Source: Girardia tigrina (Eukaryota). Taken from it: a stretch of 56,923 bases of DNA. The notes beneath the pieces were generated by a model that was not told the origin of the DNA, made no database searches, and saw only the letters and a program-made list of their open reading frames with translations. The translations under genes and the position numbers were made by a program. This document shows, one piece after another, positions 26,043 through 41,454 of this stretch (position 1 is its first letter; every line of letters begins with the position of its first letter). Location: NCBI GenBank assembly GCA_001938485.1, contig MQRK01254986.1, positions 1-56,923 of the forward strand, in the 5' to 3' direction.

Positions 26043-26549
26043 TAAAATATTTATTCTATGTTATGAAACCATTTGCTGAACAAATATTCCTTTTTAATTA
26101 ATTATTAATAAAACATCCATTTAGTTGAGGTTACAACTCGTAGAATTATATTCAGACGAGAAAATGTTTTAAAATTCTTTCCGTGTAAATATTTATTAAA
26201 AACAATTTATAATTTATCAATTTATTTTATTTTATTTGTTCAAGGAAATAATTAACTAATTTATAGTTTGCGTGTAATATATTTCTTTTATTTACATTAT
26301 ATTTAATTAAAACGTCTTATTTTATGGAATAAATTATTGTTTTAATTAAATTAAATTTGATAATAATTTATTGAAAACACATTTAATTGATTCGATTTAT
26401 CAAGGAAATAATTTTTTGAATAATCTTAATTTTAATTGTTTCCTTTAAATTGAAAAGATAAAAATACAAAGTAAATTAATATATAATTGTTTTTTTACAA
26501 TATTAAAAGTAGTTAAAATGTATATTATATTATATTATATTATATTATA

Positions 26550-27199
26550 CAATTTTCCGTTCAATTTGAAAATTTTGCTTTTCAAATTGAACATTTTACC
26601 AATGAATCGCAACATTTTATTATTCAAATTGAACATATATAAAATAAAAAAACAAGATATGATAATAGTTTAATAATATATTAACAACTTGTTAGCTGCT
26701 TGCTCAAGCTTTTCCTTAATTTCTTTAAGTGTAAACTGTGGCTTAAATGTAACGACCTCCTCAATTTTGTTTATATTATGCGCTGTGAGAACTGTTCTTA
26801 TTGAACCACCTTTTACTTTGAGGTTAACAATATTGTGCTTGTTATAGAAATATAATGCTTCTAATATACTCTGTCCTTGTTCACAGACGAGTCTAATTAA
26901 GCTTTGACGTTTTTCATTTGATATATATTTTAGCATATGAAACTCTTGTTGGGGTTTGATTTGCAGGATTAACTGTCAAGGCAGTATTGTTCGAATTATT
27001 TGATTACATTTTGATTTTTGAAAATGCGTGAAATTGCGTTAAATTAATTTAAACAAATTAATTTCTTTTTTATATTTCTATATTTAATATTAACCCTAAC
27101 TTATTTATTAGGTTAGTTATGAGTTAAAATTTTTGATTTAAATTTTTTAACAAAATGTTGCGATTCATTGGTAAAATGTTCAATTTGACCTGAAAATGG
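26550..27199 (-). mobile_element. internally deleted IS630/Tc1-type element inside a (TATAT)n microsatellite
   Basis: Inverted repeat CAAATTGAACATTTTACCAATGAATCGCAACATTTT at both ends. HTH fragment ISNEKRQSLIRLV...KVKGG. Confidence 0.8.
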
Positions 27200-30100
27200 T
27201 ATATATTATATTATATTATATTATATTAATATTGTTTTATTTAATAATAAATGTCGAATTACTAATCAAAAGAGCGAATTTCATTTTCAAATAATATGAA
27301 AATGTTTTATGATTACATATCTATCTCACTTCTTTCTTTTTGCCTTGGGTGTTTAAACTTCAGATAAATTGTCTTCTCAAAATCCGGATTAGTGAGCATT
27401 CATAATCTTGTTGCTTTTTTCATTGTTCTTCCTTTGACATCAAGGAAAATATCTAATCTGATGATTAAGCTAAAAACACATAAATATATTCAAGAAAGAT
27501 CGTTCTCCTTGAAATTCAATTAAAAAGGCCTTCATGTATCTTGAATTACACATCAAACATGGGAGCATTCGATGAAACTGATATGCAGATGTATTTTACA
27601 AACTATGAACGCAAAAATATCAAGTGGTATGAACAATTGCTGTGAAATCTCCTAGATATGACCGGTTTTTAACAAACAAAAGACTGAAGATTATGCAGAC
27701 CATCAATTCATCTACCTCTAGTGAGACTTTCTCGATGTAATTTTTCCTTCTAACAGTGTACAAAAATATCAATCAGAGTAAGAAACAAGATTAGAGAGCG
27801 TGGCGCACAATTCTAATGCTATTAGGCAGAAAAAATATCTTATGAGCCTTGAATGTTACGTTCCACGGTGTCATTGTCCATGTTTCTTTATTTAAATTAC
27901 TAATTTCTTTAAGTATTTATAAAAGATTCAACTAATTTAGATTATTATTTTCACAGATTTCATTGATTTTTTAATTATAAGGCTTCTTACGGTTTTCTCG
28001 TTTTTTTCATATTTCTTTTCGTTAAATTAGTGATTTGGAAAAGTTTTATTCAGAAACTAATTGGGACTGAATGTGGCAAATTTGTTTGTGATCCAAAAAG
28101 GTTCTCTAATCTTTCTAACATCCAATAGTCTAATCAAAAGCTTTAATATATAAAATCTATATGATCTATACGATCAAAAAATTTATAAAAAAAGTGAATG
28201 TAAAGTTGATGGTCAAAAAGAACTTTATTCGTGTTTGTGCTCAGGGCTGTTTTAAGTCAGCCCCAAAAATTATGAAAATTAAATCTGTTTTTAAGAAAAA
28301 AGAAACTTCTTTTTATGTCTCGAACAACAATTTATTATCGCAAATCGGCAAAAACTCATAAGCAAACAGATGCATTTATATCCACATTTAATCTTCTTTT
28401 TTAAGTCTCCCAAAAACATTTCTATAAGAGAATTTTAAAAATAAATAACCGAGTTCTTAAGAATAGCGGCAGCTTCTTTTTCAAAGAGAGCGCAGATTAA
28501 AATGAACTGAATTGAGTTTTTATACATTTTAATCTTTATTCCGACTAATTAAAAACCACTTGTAAAATAATTGAAAAACAACCAACAATCCACTTAAAGA
28601 TGAAAGAAAATCCACAAAATTTTTTTAACAAATTTTATATTTAAGAAAATATAAAGTTTATGAAATTTCGACTTTTTACTTATTTAATTATAAAAAATAA
28701 TTACAACTTTTATTTGTTTTCATTATTATTTAAATATTAGATTTTTTGAAAATTTTAATAATTTAATTTATAATTTATATAAAAATTTTAATAATAATTT
28801 ATTTTTAATAAAATTAATAAAAAAAACATAAACATTATTGACAAAATTATTATCATAAATTATGAATATAAAATTTTTTTTAATTTTAATTTATTTAATT
28901 GAGACCCCCTCTTAGAAAAAAAACTAGAGATAAATAGAAAAAGTAATTTGATAAATTGCTTTTTATTTTTCTTTAAAAAAAACTCATGATAAAATTAAAT
29001 TTTTAAAACTAATATTATTTTTTTTAAAAAAAAATTATAAAAAAATATTTTATTTCTAATAATTTTTAAAATATAATTTCTTAGAAAAAACTTGTTTAGA
29101 AAACCGTAGCAAAAGTTTTCAATTTTCAATCAATATTAAAAATGAAGGAAACGAAGTTCTATAAGTGAAAAGATTTCCAAAATCCCATGGGACTAAAAAT
29201 ATTATTTAGAATATAATAAATAAAAAACCATAAAAATGTTTGATAAATCTTTTTTGGTAAATAATGTTTAAATAACCGAAAAAGAAATTTTTCTTAAAAA
29301 AAATCCACTTAATAATTATAAACAAATAGATAAAATATTTGGATTTTATTAATTGATAATTTAAAAGAAAGTTGATAAAGAATAAAACCAAATTGAATTT
29401 TAGATTTCGTCTGAAAAAAAATAATTTCCTTTCTTTTTTTTCCTTTTAGATATTTTTTTTGTGGGATGATTTAATTGTTTCTTCATGATTGCTCCATAAA
29501 ATGGGATTCTCCTCACTCACTTTCCTACACGAATTTCGAGTTAATATATCAAAAATATAATTATATCTTTTCTGTAAATACAAAAAAGTACGTTTCTTTT
29601 TTGCAACGAAGATAATTGAAAGTTTATGATAAATCATTTAATAATAGATATTTTTATTTTCTTTCAAAAAAGTATTTTTTTTCTTTCAATTTTGTTTTTT
29701 AAAACTCGTTCAAATTAATTAATTATTTTTATAAAAAAATGTTTTTTTTTCAATTTTGATTTAATAGATTTATTTGTTTATTGTTTCTTTTATTGAATTT
29801 CAACGGTAATAATTAGTTTTATTTATTTGTTTTAATGAAAACATAAAATATTGCTTTAGCTTTAATATTATCAAGAATGCTTTTAATTAAATATCAGATC
29901 GTTGAAGCTTGAAAATAAAAATTAAATTTAGCCAGTCTAGCGTTTCCGAGAAATGTTAAATTATTTTTAAATTAATAATTATTATCACAAAACTTTTTCT
30001 GAAAAGGATTTTTTATTATAAAATATTATTAATGGATATCGCCGAATAGTATCACCAACCCAAGTAGAATCACGGCCCAAATAATATCACTAAATTAAAA

Positions 30101-31050
30101 CATTTTTAGTGATAGACTATTTTAATAATATCACTATTGGGTTCTTGCTCAAAAGACATTATCATGAACACAAAAATTTATTTCTATAACAATTTGAATT
30201 TTTTAAACAAATATTTTCGAGGAACTTTTGTACTTCTTTTTTTACACAACCATTATAAATAAAAATAGATATAAATAAAAATATGGTTAGTATATTTTTT
30301 TACAAATTAAAATTCTATATTTTTTTAATAAAAAATTATAGTGAATTAAAATTTTGTCACAAAGATTTTGTTGCGTCTTTTATTAATTTTTCAATTTTAC
30401 CTTGGTACATTTAAATTTAACTGTTTCTCAATTCCATTTTCCAAAATAAAATTAAAATCGCATTTTTTATTTAAGTCGAGTTTTACAATTAGGTTTAAAA
30501 AGGTTTTACAATTATTTTTTTAATTCCAATTACCATTTCCAAAAAAAATTATAATTACTTTTTTAATTTACTTTGATTTAAAAGTTAAATAAATAGTTTA
30601 GTTTACTTTTCTTTCGCAAATAAAATATCAAGCTTAAATTACTTTTATTTTATTTCAAATAAATATTTTCATCAAATTTGAAATTAACTTTTTTTACTTT
30701 ATAATAAATCTTTACATAAATCTTTTAATAACCCTACCGTAAAATTTATTTTATTTCTTACTTAAATTAATTTTTTACATTAAATTTCTGAAAATCTTAT
30801 TTTAACATATTTATAACAATATTTTACGGAATGTAATTGTTTATTTAATAATTTTGATAAGCTTCAAAAATTTTATATATTATGAACGCTCCCAACAATC
30901 ACAACCCTAATATTATTACTATTTAAAATCTTTAAAATCCTTTAAAATTATAAATAAATATAATATCATTTACAAATGAGCAAATTTTTTTATTTATAAT
31001 ATATTATAAATCATTTTTTAATTTAATAAATATTCGAATTTAAAAATTCT

Positions 31051-32560
31051 TATGGCCAAACGATCGTTTAAAATCGCTTTCAAAAAAGAAGTAATCGAGT
31101 CTATGTCGGCGGGCAAAACGTACAATGCTTCAAAATAGCATTTCGGAGGTAAAAACCGGGAAACAGAAGATCATTCGATGTTTCCACAGTGGTTTAGAAA
31201 CAAAGACGAACTGTCTAATCAAAAACCATCAATGAAAAGAGCGTTGGTAGCAGGATATTAAACCAGCTTGGTAACTATAAAAAAATTTTATTTGATTAGG
31301 TAGTAGATCTTAGAATACGAAAAAGTAAAGTTAGTCGAAGTAAATATTTGATAGGGCAGTAGCACTGAATAAAGAATTTAAAATTAAATTAAATGCTACT
31401 AGAAATTGGATAATAGGGTTTATGAAGAGAAATAGATTTAGACTTATGCAAACTATCAAATGAACAACAATATCAGACTCTGAAATAATTTAACGCACTT
31501 TTAATTATATGAAAAATCGTCTTCCTTATTTAACCCTTTCCAGCCCAAATTATTATTTAAGCAAAATATTTGAGCATTGAATATCCGTTACAATGTTGAT
31601 TTAAATTGCTAAGAAACAAGTGAGAATCGCGCTTTTTTGCATTCTAATATATGTAGTGTCATCTATTAGATTTTTTAGTAACTATTACTGTGTAAAATTT
31701 AAATTAGGTAAAAGAAATAACTGTAATTTAATTTTTCAAATATGTTGCCATATGGCAGCAATGGGCTGGAAAGGGTTAAATATTAAAAACCTTTAATTTT
31801 GGATGAAACAGAAGTGCGCTTTGAGGATGCCATAGCACATTCTGGGGATTTACTTGGAGCGTACCAGGTGGTAATGAAATCAACTGGTTTTAGTTCAATG
31901 AGAGTAACAGCACTGATTTCTAATTTGGCAGATGGTAGGAAGGCAATATCTTTTGTAATTCATAAAGGAAAGGATGGAAGTTATATTTTTAAACAAAATT
32001 GTGCCTTGCATAATACCAAATCAAAATCTTGGGTAATCAAAGAATTAATTATAAATTATTTCTACTGCATGTTGTTTTGATAAATATAAGCAATTGTAAG
32101 TATATTATTTGAGATTCGTGTCGAGTTCATTTAGATCAACAAGTAAAAGAACATTGTATTAAGAAAAAATGTTGAGATGATCGTCATCTCAGGTGGATAT
32201 ATAGATAAATTATCTACAAGCAGGAAATATAATAATTTTTATTTCCTTGAAAGATTTGATATTTTTCAAATTCATGACTGAAAGAACTTTGATTTTGTTA
32301 TTTATACAAAAGTGGTAATCCACAAACACCACCAGAGCTATCAATTAATTTATGATTCTGTGAATAATATCAGCATAACTTAGTTTGAACTATAAGATAG
32401 GGTAGAAAGTTTTGCAAGGCTTCGACAGCTTCAAACCAGATTGAAAAAATCCTTATAAGTCTGTTTCCTGGGAAGATGTAGATAGTCAGGATGATAAGGA
32501 TGATGCAGAATATTTGGGTGTCGTTAATTAATGTATGGTGGAAAATCCATCGAAATATAT
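31051..32560 (+). mobile_element. pogo-like transposase remnant
   Basis: MAKRSFKIAFKKEVI N-terminus and DETEVRFE...KSTG...RVTALI...DGRK...VIHKGK (DDE_1-like). Many stops. Confidence 0.7.
31534..31775. mobile_element. piggyBac-type MITE (242 bp)
   Basis: TTAA on both sides. Perfect 14-bp TIR CCCTTTCCAGCCCA / TGGGCTGGAAAGGG. Confidence 0.92.
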
Positions 32561-34017
32561 TGCAATAAAATTTGATTTTTTTAATGGCGTTCTAGATTTT
32601 AATAAAGTATCGTTGATATTTTAAATTCTAGATTTAATTTTAAGAATCGAATGTTGAGTATTAAGGTATCACAATTAAAATACTTAAATTAAACTTTATT
32701 ATTATTTATTATGACAAAAATATCTTCCAGACTCAATTTGCCAAACTAACTACTAAATTTTAAAATTTTAAACTTTAAATTAAAAACATTAAGGCATCGT
32801 CGAAAATTGCCGTACATAAGTCTTAATTTTTAATTGAAAAGGATTAATAAATTGTTTATATAAACTATTTCCATCATTTTATCCAAAAATCGTCTTTAAC
32901 AAACTATCAATAATATTGAGATGATTTTGTATCAGCCATTTAAAATGAGCATTCATTATTTTTGTTTTTATTTTTAATATAAATCAAATAAATAATTAAA
33001 AACTAAAAAATTATTATTAGAAATATTAGAAATATTTTTAATTCTTACGAAACGTCTTTTGTTTTGTACATTGTAGTATTGCTAATACCTAATTCAGACC
33101 TCCATATTATCATAATAATTTTCAGGGAAGATACCAATTAAGAGGATCTGGCGCACTCTTAACATTTTTGAATATTTAAAATAAACAAATATCTAAAATC
33201 AAAAGTTCTTGAAAAGAATTATAATTAAAAATATCTCTAATTAATTTTAAAAAGTAATTCTCAAAAATAAATTAATGAAATTTTAGTTAATAAAAATGTA
33301 ATTTTTAAAACAGATAATTGTTTAAATATTAAATCTATTTGAAATTCTGTAATTATAAAATTTGATAAATAATTAATTTTTTAAACAGTTGATTTTTTTA
33401 AAAAATAAAACAGACATAAAAAATTTTATAATTCATATATAAATTGTAGTAGTATAATAATAAATTTAAATATTGTAAATTAATTTTTTGTATTAATATA
33501 GAGGTTAAAAAGGGTTTTTTTAATTAAATATTGAAATGTAATTCTGTAAAATTATTGCAATTAAAAATAATAATAAATTTAATTCGAAAAATAACAATTT
33601 TAGTAAATAACATATCAGTATTTACAATTCAGTATTTTTACGTATAAACAATTTTACGTATAATATTTTTTGTTATTTCCTCCTTACGGACCATACTCTG
33701 TTTTCTCTGATATTTTTATATCTTCTTTTACCTCTTTCCGTTCAAAGTTTTATTAATTAAAAATAATTATCATAAAACTTTTATTATTTATTTTTATTAT
33801 TGTGTGGGGGTGAGTTTTGACCGGAAGTATAATTCTACTGTTATCAGTCACCTCACTTCGATACAATAATTTTAATGACATCTTTTTAATGTAAGTATAA
33901 TCAATTTAACAAAAAATTTTAGAGGCATTATTTGTTGAAAAATGCACTTTTATACTAACGAGGGGACCCCAAATAAGAAAGTTGTTTTGAAAAAAATCGA
34001 TAAAGTCAATGCTATTA

Positions 34018-35317
34018 CAGTATGATTCATAAGTCTGTTCGCCCCTCATATTTTGATTACTTATTTTCTAACTAAAAATTTGACGTCATATTAATTTTGA
34101 ATATTTGTTTATATATAGTTTTTTTATGCTACACATTTGAATTTATATGTTAAATATTAAAGTTTTCATTGATGACTTATTTTTTTTAAATTTTAGATAA
34201 ATTAAATGTCAAGAGTATTTAGTGAATTTTAGCGTGGAATGATTGTTGCGCTTAAAAATGTAGGAAGTACATGGAATCAAATAAAGGTCGAAATATTTAC
34301 AAGATATAATATAAATATTTCAAAACGTGGAATGCAAAAATTATGGGCGAAGTATTTAAAAAAAGAAGAAGTGAAAGATCAGCCCCGTGGAGACAGACCT
34401 CATAAACTAAGCGCCAGATCAGAAAGAGTGATTAAACGCATAAGTCCTTTAAACAATGATATTTCCACGTTAATTAAACAAAGATATTTCATTCTTCTTC
34501 CTCAATAGCCATAAGTAAATCGACAGTCGAAAGTATTTTACAGAAATATGGAATACGGACATTCCAAGCTGTAAAGAAACCTTTCCTTACCGCTAAACAG
34601 AGACAAAGAAGAATGCAGAATATCAAAACTGGGATAAAGAAACTAGGTATTCTGTTATATTTAGCGATGAATGCATTTTCCAATGTTATAATCATTGTGG
34701 TAGACGTTGGATCAGACGAACTAGATATTAAAGGCTCAAACTCGGAAACATCCATGAAACCATGAACCACGGAGCCAAAGTTCATGTCTGTGGGTGCTTT
34801 TCGGCAAACGGGGTAGGTCTTCTTATAAAAGTAGAAGGTTCAATGAATGCTCAAATGTACCAGGAAACTATAATACATGACATTGATATTATTGGAAAGT
34901 GGTTGGTATTTCCAAAACAACAATTAATTTTTCAGCAAGATCTTGCACCACCACACCGTGCACTGTCGACATTTAATTTCTCAAAAAAGAAGGAAGTCGA
35001 CCTTTTACCATGGCTAGGCAATTCACCAGGGGCAAATCCTATCGAAAATGTATGGGGATTTTTAAAAAGGAAATTACAGACGATAAGGTGCACATCGTCA
35101 GAACAGCTGTGGGTGGCTGTTCAAAAAATATGGTACGAACGATCAAAAAACTATTGTAAAAGTCTTGTTGAATCCATGCCTAGGCGATTAAAAATGATAA
35201 AGGATATGAAAGGACATTCAACTAAGTATTGAAAGTTCCACGTGATAAATGTTTTGTTAAAAATTTGATATTTTTCTCAAAAAATAATGGGAGTGAACAG
35301 ACTTATGAATCATACTG
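34018..35317 (+). mobile_element. full-length (1300 bp) Tc1 DD34E transposon with frameshifted transposase
   Basis: TIRs CAGTATGATTCATAAGTCTGTTC with TA flanks. FSDE and FQQDLAPPH-(34 aa)-NPIENVW, ending GHSTKY*. Confidence 0.93.
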
Positions 35318-36039
35318 TATTGATTTAATAATTCTATACGTAATATTTAAATAAAAAATGATTTTGTTTTATTTAGTAAAATATAAAACGAATTATTAAA
35401 TAAATACGCTTTTGGGGATTTTAGGTTTTACTTTTTTATATATTGTTTATTTGTGTTAATATGCTTCTCTATCGAAAAAGTATAAAACGATAAAATAATA
35501 TTATTTCGATATTATTATTATTATTATTATTAATTATGGATACTTTCTTTATGGATTTAATTTGCTTTCTTAAATTTTTCCTCTTGTAGGTAAGCAAATT
35601 TTCGTGGGACAAGTAATCATAATCCAGTGATGTAGGTCTTAAAACGCTTTTAAATAATTATTTAAATATTTTTAAATTTCTGTTTAATTTAATGTTTACA
35701 ATGTATTAATTTATCGAAATAGATCAACAGTAATGTCGAAAATTAAATTATTTTTTCTCTTAAAATTTTACAATTATAAATAGACGAGCAAAAGAGAAGT
35801 AATAATAATTGTTCCTTCTTATTGAACATTTTTAATGAATAAATTTAACTTTTTGTCATCGAAAAAAGTTATTTTAAAATTCAAAGTATTCGTTAATTAT
35901 ATGCAAAATATAAATCTTTAATTTAAGATTGAATTTTTTTATCGTTGTATTTTCCAATTATTTATTTATGCATGATATTTAAAAGTTATATTTTTCACCT
36001 TTAATACTTACTGCAAGAAAATTTTTTTAATTTAGAAAT

Positions 36040-36400
36040 GTATATCGATAATTATTATTTACCGTCTACGAGAGGGCATCCAAAAATTTTATGGAAAAAA
36101 ACTGAAGCCAAGAAAAATAAGCAAATCTCTTTAACACTGACACGACGATTACCGTCAATGATATCCTTATTTGCTTTTGCATTTGCCACAGTTGATGAGG
36201 ATGTAGGTCGGTCTTTTTTTTCGTCATCCTCCAACTATTGTTGAAAATTCTCGAACCTACTTGTTGGAAGTACTTTAGCTCATGGCTGCTTCACTAAATA
36301 TACCGGGCGATATACCTTCCTTTCATATAAATAAACGATTGCATATTGTACCTGGTCTGCGTCTTCTATTTATTTAGAAATAGAGGAAATGAGTAATTCA
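36040..36400 (-). mobile_element. mariner N-terminal remnant
   Basis: RPTSSSTVAN...IIDGNRRVSVKEI HTH-like segment. Confidence 0.5.
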
Positions 36401-36473
36401 CAATACTGCCGAATATATTTATACATATAGTCAGCCAATCACGTCTATTTTATTTTCTGATTAATGTATATTT

Positions 36474-37190
36474 ACAGAGTATGCAAAAAGTAACTATCTT
36501 ATTTTAAAATTTAATATTTTTAAAAATATTCACAATAAACCTATAAATGTTTGACACACTAATATTTATTTACAGAAATTTAATATTTTTCCACAGAATG
36601 TCCGTTAACACTGTTGCATCTATCCAATCGAGGATACAAAGAATTCATGATATTTTTACACAGTTCTGGTGCTCTTTCAGATGCTTCAGCTTCAATGAAA
36701 TCTTCAACTTCCTCAGCTGATTTTCTTACGATGTATAAGTATTGTTTTCATAAATATCGCAAATGGTTTCAATTTTTTTCTGAAAATCATAAACACTACC
36801 AGTTTCTTTAAACTTTGACAAAATGCTTCTCATAGTCTTCTCAGTTGGTATATTTTCCCATTTTAACTTTTGTAAATACCTAAGAAGCAAAGTTACTGAT
36901 TCACACTTCGCTATCAGCAACACAATTTCTCCGCTTTCATTAATGGAGAGCATAATCAAAATTTACATTAGCGCTATAAAAATTATAACAGACATTATTT
37001 TAGAAAAACAAAAACACACATAAATGAAATTAAAAAAAATATTTTTGTATAAAATAGAACCGATTAAATTTTATAAAAACGGAAGTAGAACATTCGTTTA
37101 AAGTGTGCTTTCAAACAAATGGAATAATTGTTTACGTACTTTTGATGATAATAGATTCATTAGGTTTTTAAGAGATAAATTATACAGATT
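36474..37190 (-). mobile_element. deleted Tc1/mariner-superfamily (maT/rosa-like) derivative
   Basis: IPTEKTMRSILSKFKETGSVYD N-terminal signature. TA then a CAGAGTATGC TIR-like end. Confidence 0.55.
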
Positions 37191-37356
37191 ATTGTTGATT
37201 TCCTCATGAAATATTTGTGACTGGTCTTTTAAATATAAAAAAATATCAAGCACCAATTTAACCTACAGTATTACCCCGAATAGCTTGCGCGCATAGTTTA
37301 GTCCCTTCAAGTTGAATCGTATTAAAGAATATATTAGAAAGAAATATCATCATAAC

Positions 37357-37798
37357 TGTGAGGGAAAATTCGGAATGTTGTAAGTTTGTTTAGGTTTCTA
37401 AGTTTAGATTTGTGACTCTCCTACTCAGATGGGATCGATATGTTATTGATTATTTATTTAAATCTAATGAAATTAATTTAATGAGATTAATGTTTAAATA
37501 CTAATTAATTAAAAGTTTTATAATTATAAATTTTAATAATATTTTTAGTAAACGATTTAAATTATTAAATTTAATATATTTTAAAAACTAATGTTTTTTT
37601 AAAAATTACTTAATGCATCTTTATCCTATAAAATTTTGAGAAATTAAAAGTTAATATTATTCTTATCCCAGTAATTAATTTAAAGATTTGATTATAGCTA
37701 CAAAAACATATTAATCATGACGATTCCCGTAGAAATTGCGAGTGAAAATGTTTGTGTTTTTAATACATGTTTACACTGAAATTGTGATGTTGCTAATA
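37357..37798 (+). mobile_element. solo-LTR-like family copy D (442 bp)
   Basis: TGTGAGGG...GTTGCTAATA. Flanks ATAAC/GTAAC (4/5 TSD). Core GACTCTCCTACTCAGATGGGAT is identical to copy F. Confidence 0.88.
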
Positions 37799-38899
37799 GT
37801 AACCTTTTATTAGTAGACTACAACTAAATAAAAGTTATTTAAAAGATATAATCCAAGAAATTTTAAAGACAAAGTTATATATTTTAAGGGTTGGTTTATA
37901 AATTTGGGAAGATGTATTTGGAAAGGCATTGGTCGTCATTTTATTTAGAATTGCGATTTTTCAATGATTTAGTGTGAAATTTATCTTTAAAATTTTTTTT
38001 GTCACTTTTTATAATTTGGAATAATTTAAAATATATTTCGGAAAAATTCATATAAAGTATTACATTTTGAAATTATTTATTCAAAATGAAAATAATTTAA
38101 CAAACAAGAAAGAATACTAAAGATGAATAATAGGGTCACAAATGTTACGATTAAAAAAATTATCAAATTTTAGACAAATAAACTAAAATATTGAATTTAT
38201 TTATTGAATGTTGGCAATTGGTAGTGGATATCAGAGCGAGAGGGTACTTAATGGAAGTCAAAGGAGATCAAAGGTATTAAATGGTTCGTGTAATAACGGA
38301 AGCAGGATAATTATAGGAATTATATGAGATTTAAAGGAACTTCAATTATAATGAAATGTGTTAGTTATAATTCTCGAGAGATTATTAGAATTTAATTTCA
38401 ATGTAATTTGTTTTACATTAACCTAATACTTTGATAATGACGAAATTCCTGAACTTTTTTCCTATTGTAATTCTTAAATGATAATATCTAATTAAAGTAA
38501 AATTATGATAAATATAATAATCGTAGATAAATAGTAATAATCATTATATGTTACTTGAATGTTAATATTTATATTATATTACATGATATAATAGTATTAC
38601 AAAATAATTTATCAACTTATACTATCCAGATTCATATGTATTTTGAGACGTAAAATAAATTGAATAAAAATTTAAAAAAATAAATACTTATCTGTATTAT
38701 AGATGAATTAATTATATATTTTAAAATTTTATAAATACAATTTTCAAATAAGTTAAAAAATCTAATAAAGTTATATCAAAAAATTTTATTCGAGTTAAAT
38801 CTCCGAGTAAAATCTTGTTTAGAACTCATAATTTCAACAAGTAGAATATATTTAATATTTGAAATCTTTTTAGAATACTTTAACAAATTAATAAATAAT

Positions 38900-40978
38900 C
38901 ACAAGTTCACCTCTTTTATAATTCGTTTTTAACTTTCTTAATCCACTCAATTCTTCGACGAATTATGCTTTATCTTAGAGATTCTGTAGTTTCAATTGGT
39001 GTGGCGGATATATGTCTTGTAATTTGATACGGTCCATCGGATGGGAAAATGTCATTTCTCTGTTTTGAAGGATCTTGTTTTACAAAGACTTTCTGATCAT
39101 CCTCGAAATGTCGATTTGTTTTCTTTTCTCTCTCCCAATTTTCCATTCATCTTGCCGCTTTCTCTAAATTTTCTCTTACCCTCATCTTGATCGCGTTGCT
39201 CTCTTCAGTTTTAACTATTCCTTCTGCTGCATGTAAGTTTATTTTTCTATCAAACACAACTTTGAAGGGTGACTATCCGGTCTTACTTTAGACTGTTGCA
39301 ATTAGACAGAATTCTATCTTCGGAATAATTCGCCACCATGATTGTTTGTCTGTGTCTCCTCTGCTTGTTACTATCATGTTTCTCACTGTTTAAATAGTTC
39401 TTTCTGCTAGCCCGTTTGATTGATGTTGAAATGAGCTACTAAATCTTTGTTCAATTCCGTATCTTCTGCAAAAATCTTAAAATTTTCCGCCAATAAAACA
39501 TTTTCCATTATCCGTTAATATTGTTTTGGCTTCCCATATCTATATATCTATTTTATTGAACTATGGTGTCTTCGTTTTGAGCTCTTATCGTTATCAAAGA
39601 GACCAATTTCGAAAACTAAGTAGTCCAACATTACCATTAAATATGGATACATGCTATTCTTGTCACCCACATATGCGATGTCCATCACGACTTTCTCTAA
39701 AAACTAGTCACTTCTTATTGGACTCAACTTCTCTTTTGTTTTTTTCGGTTAGAATCGTTCTGTGTATACATTCCTGACATTCTCTTAAAATGATTTTGAA
39801 TATATTTCTTTGTCTTTTTAATACCTAAATAACATAAATCTCTGTGCATTTTCCTGCTGAAATCTCTTCTAATTTGCTTCGGAATCAATGGTAACACACA
39901 ATTTCTTTCTTATCTAACCCATAAGCCATTCTGATAGATTAATTGATCCTTTAGTTGTAATAACTCATTGGTGATTTCATTCTTTTCACCTTCTGTCATC
40001 TCCTGTATTTGTTTAAACTGGTTCAACTTTGATCACTTTTCTTGTTTGTCTTTTATCCATTGAATTGTAGACTGACTCACTACTGTATTGACATGTTTCA
40101 CCCTTGCTTTTATTGATTTTGGTTCTTCCTGTTTTGTTTCACGTTGTGCACAAACATCGTCATATAGCCGTGATAATACATCTGCATTTCCATGTTCGTC
40201 ACCTTTTCTATACTTCAAATCAAAGTCAAAATCCGCCATGTTTGCTAACCATGTCTGGAATTGAGGAGTTATTGGTTTGGAAGTACTCTTCATATGTACC
40301 AGTACTTTATGATCAGTTCTTGCTGTAAATCGCTTGCCATATAAATATTGCTTGAAATGTAACATGAACTCTTGTAAAGCTAATAGTTCCTTTCTTGTCA
40401 CACAGTACCCTTTTTTATGTGTAGTTAAAGTCGTCGATGCATACGCGATTACTACTTCTTTCTCTTCTGATATCTGACTTAGAACTGCTCCTATCGATCC
40501 GAATGATGCATCTGTGTCTAAGATGAAATTATAATTCGGGTTCACAAATGCTAATATTGGTGCACCACATAGCTTTTGCTTCAATTTGTTAAACCTTCTG
40601 TCGCCCTCGTCTGACCAAAATATTTCCTTACATTTTCCGCTACATGCACTGTGCAAAGGTGCTGCTAATTCGACTTCATTCTTGATAAATCGTCGATAGT
40701 AGTTACACAGACCTAAAAATACTCGTAAATTTCGAGTACACTTTGGAATTGGAAAATTTTGAATATCTGCCACTTTCAATTTATTTGTTGAGATACCTTC
40801 TTTGTTAATTGTATGTCCCATAAATACCAGCTCCCCTACTCTGAATTTTCATTTCCCTGGATTGACTTTTAAACCTGCTTTCTTCAGTCTATTCAGTACT
40901 TCTTCTAATAGTCTCATATGATCCTTCATTGATTTAGAGTAAATTAAGACATCATCTAGGTATATTACTACTACTATA
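38900..40978 (-). mobile_element. Ty3/gypsy pol remnant (RT C-terminal half, RNase H, integrase)
   Basis: VIYLDDVLIYS, FLGLCNYYRRFI, ILDTDAS, RKELLA, TDHK, HGNADVLSR, HQSNGLAERTI, GPYQI. Confidence 0.92.
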
Positions 40979-41454
40979 TTATTAGTATAAAAAACTAACC
41001 CGACCCCTGTCTTCGGAATTTAGACGAAACAGTAAATAAAAAAGATGAAATTTATCATTTCTCTTATTCCATCAAAAAATACCTTTTCAGAAATAAAATT
41101 GAATAAAAACTATTCATAATCATTTAAAGATAAATCACTTAATTTCTAAAAGAAAAACATCTCGATTGTTTTGAAGAAAAATATATTTTTAAGACAATCC
41201 AAAACATTTGTATGTGTTGTTTTGTATAAATGATATTATATTTCATAGTTTTGATACTTTCCCATTATTCGACTTAGTCAGTGATAATGATAATCTTGTT
41301 TGTATGAAAAATCAGTCTGTATTTTGGAGACAAATATAATTATTTTCTTTATTTCTTTCATAATTAAAATATTAATTAAATAAATTTTTTCAGTAATTTA
41401 ATTAAATATAATTGTCTAATATTATCTACATATATATATACAATAGTTTTTTTG

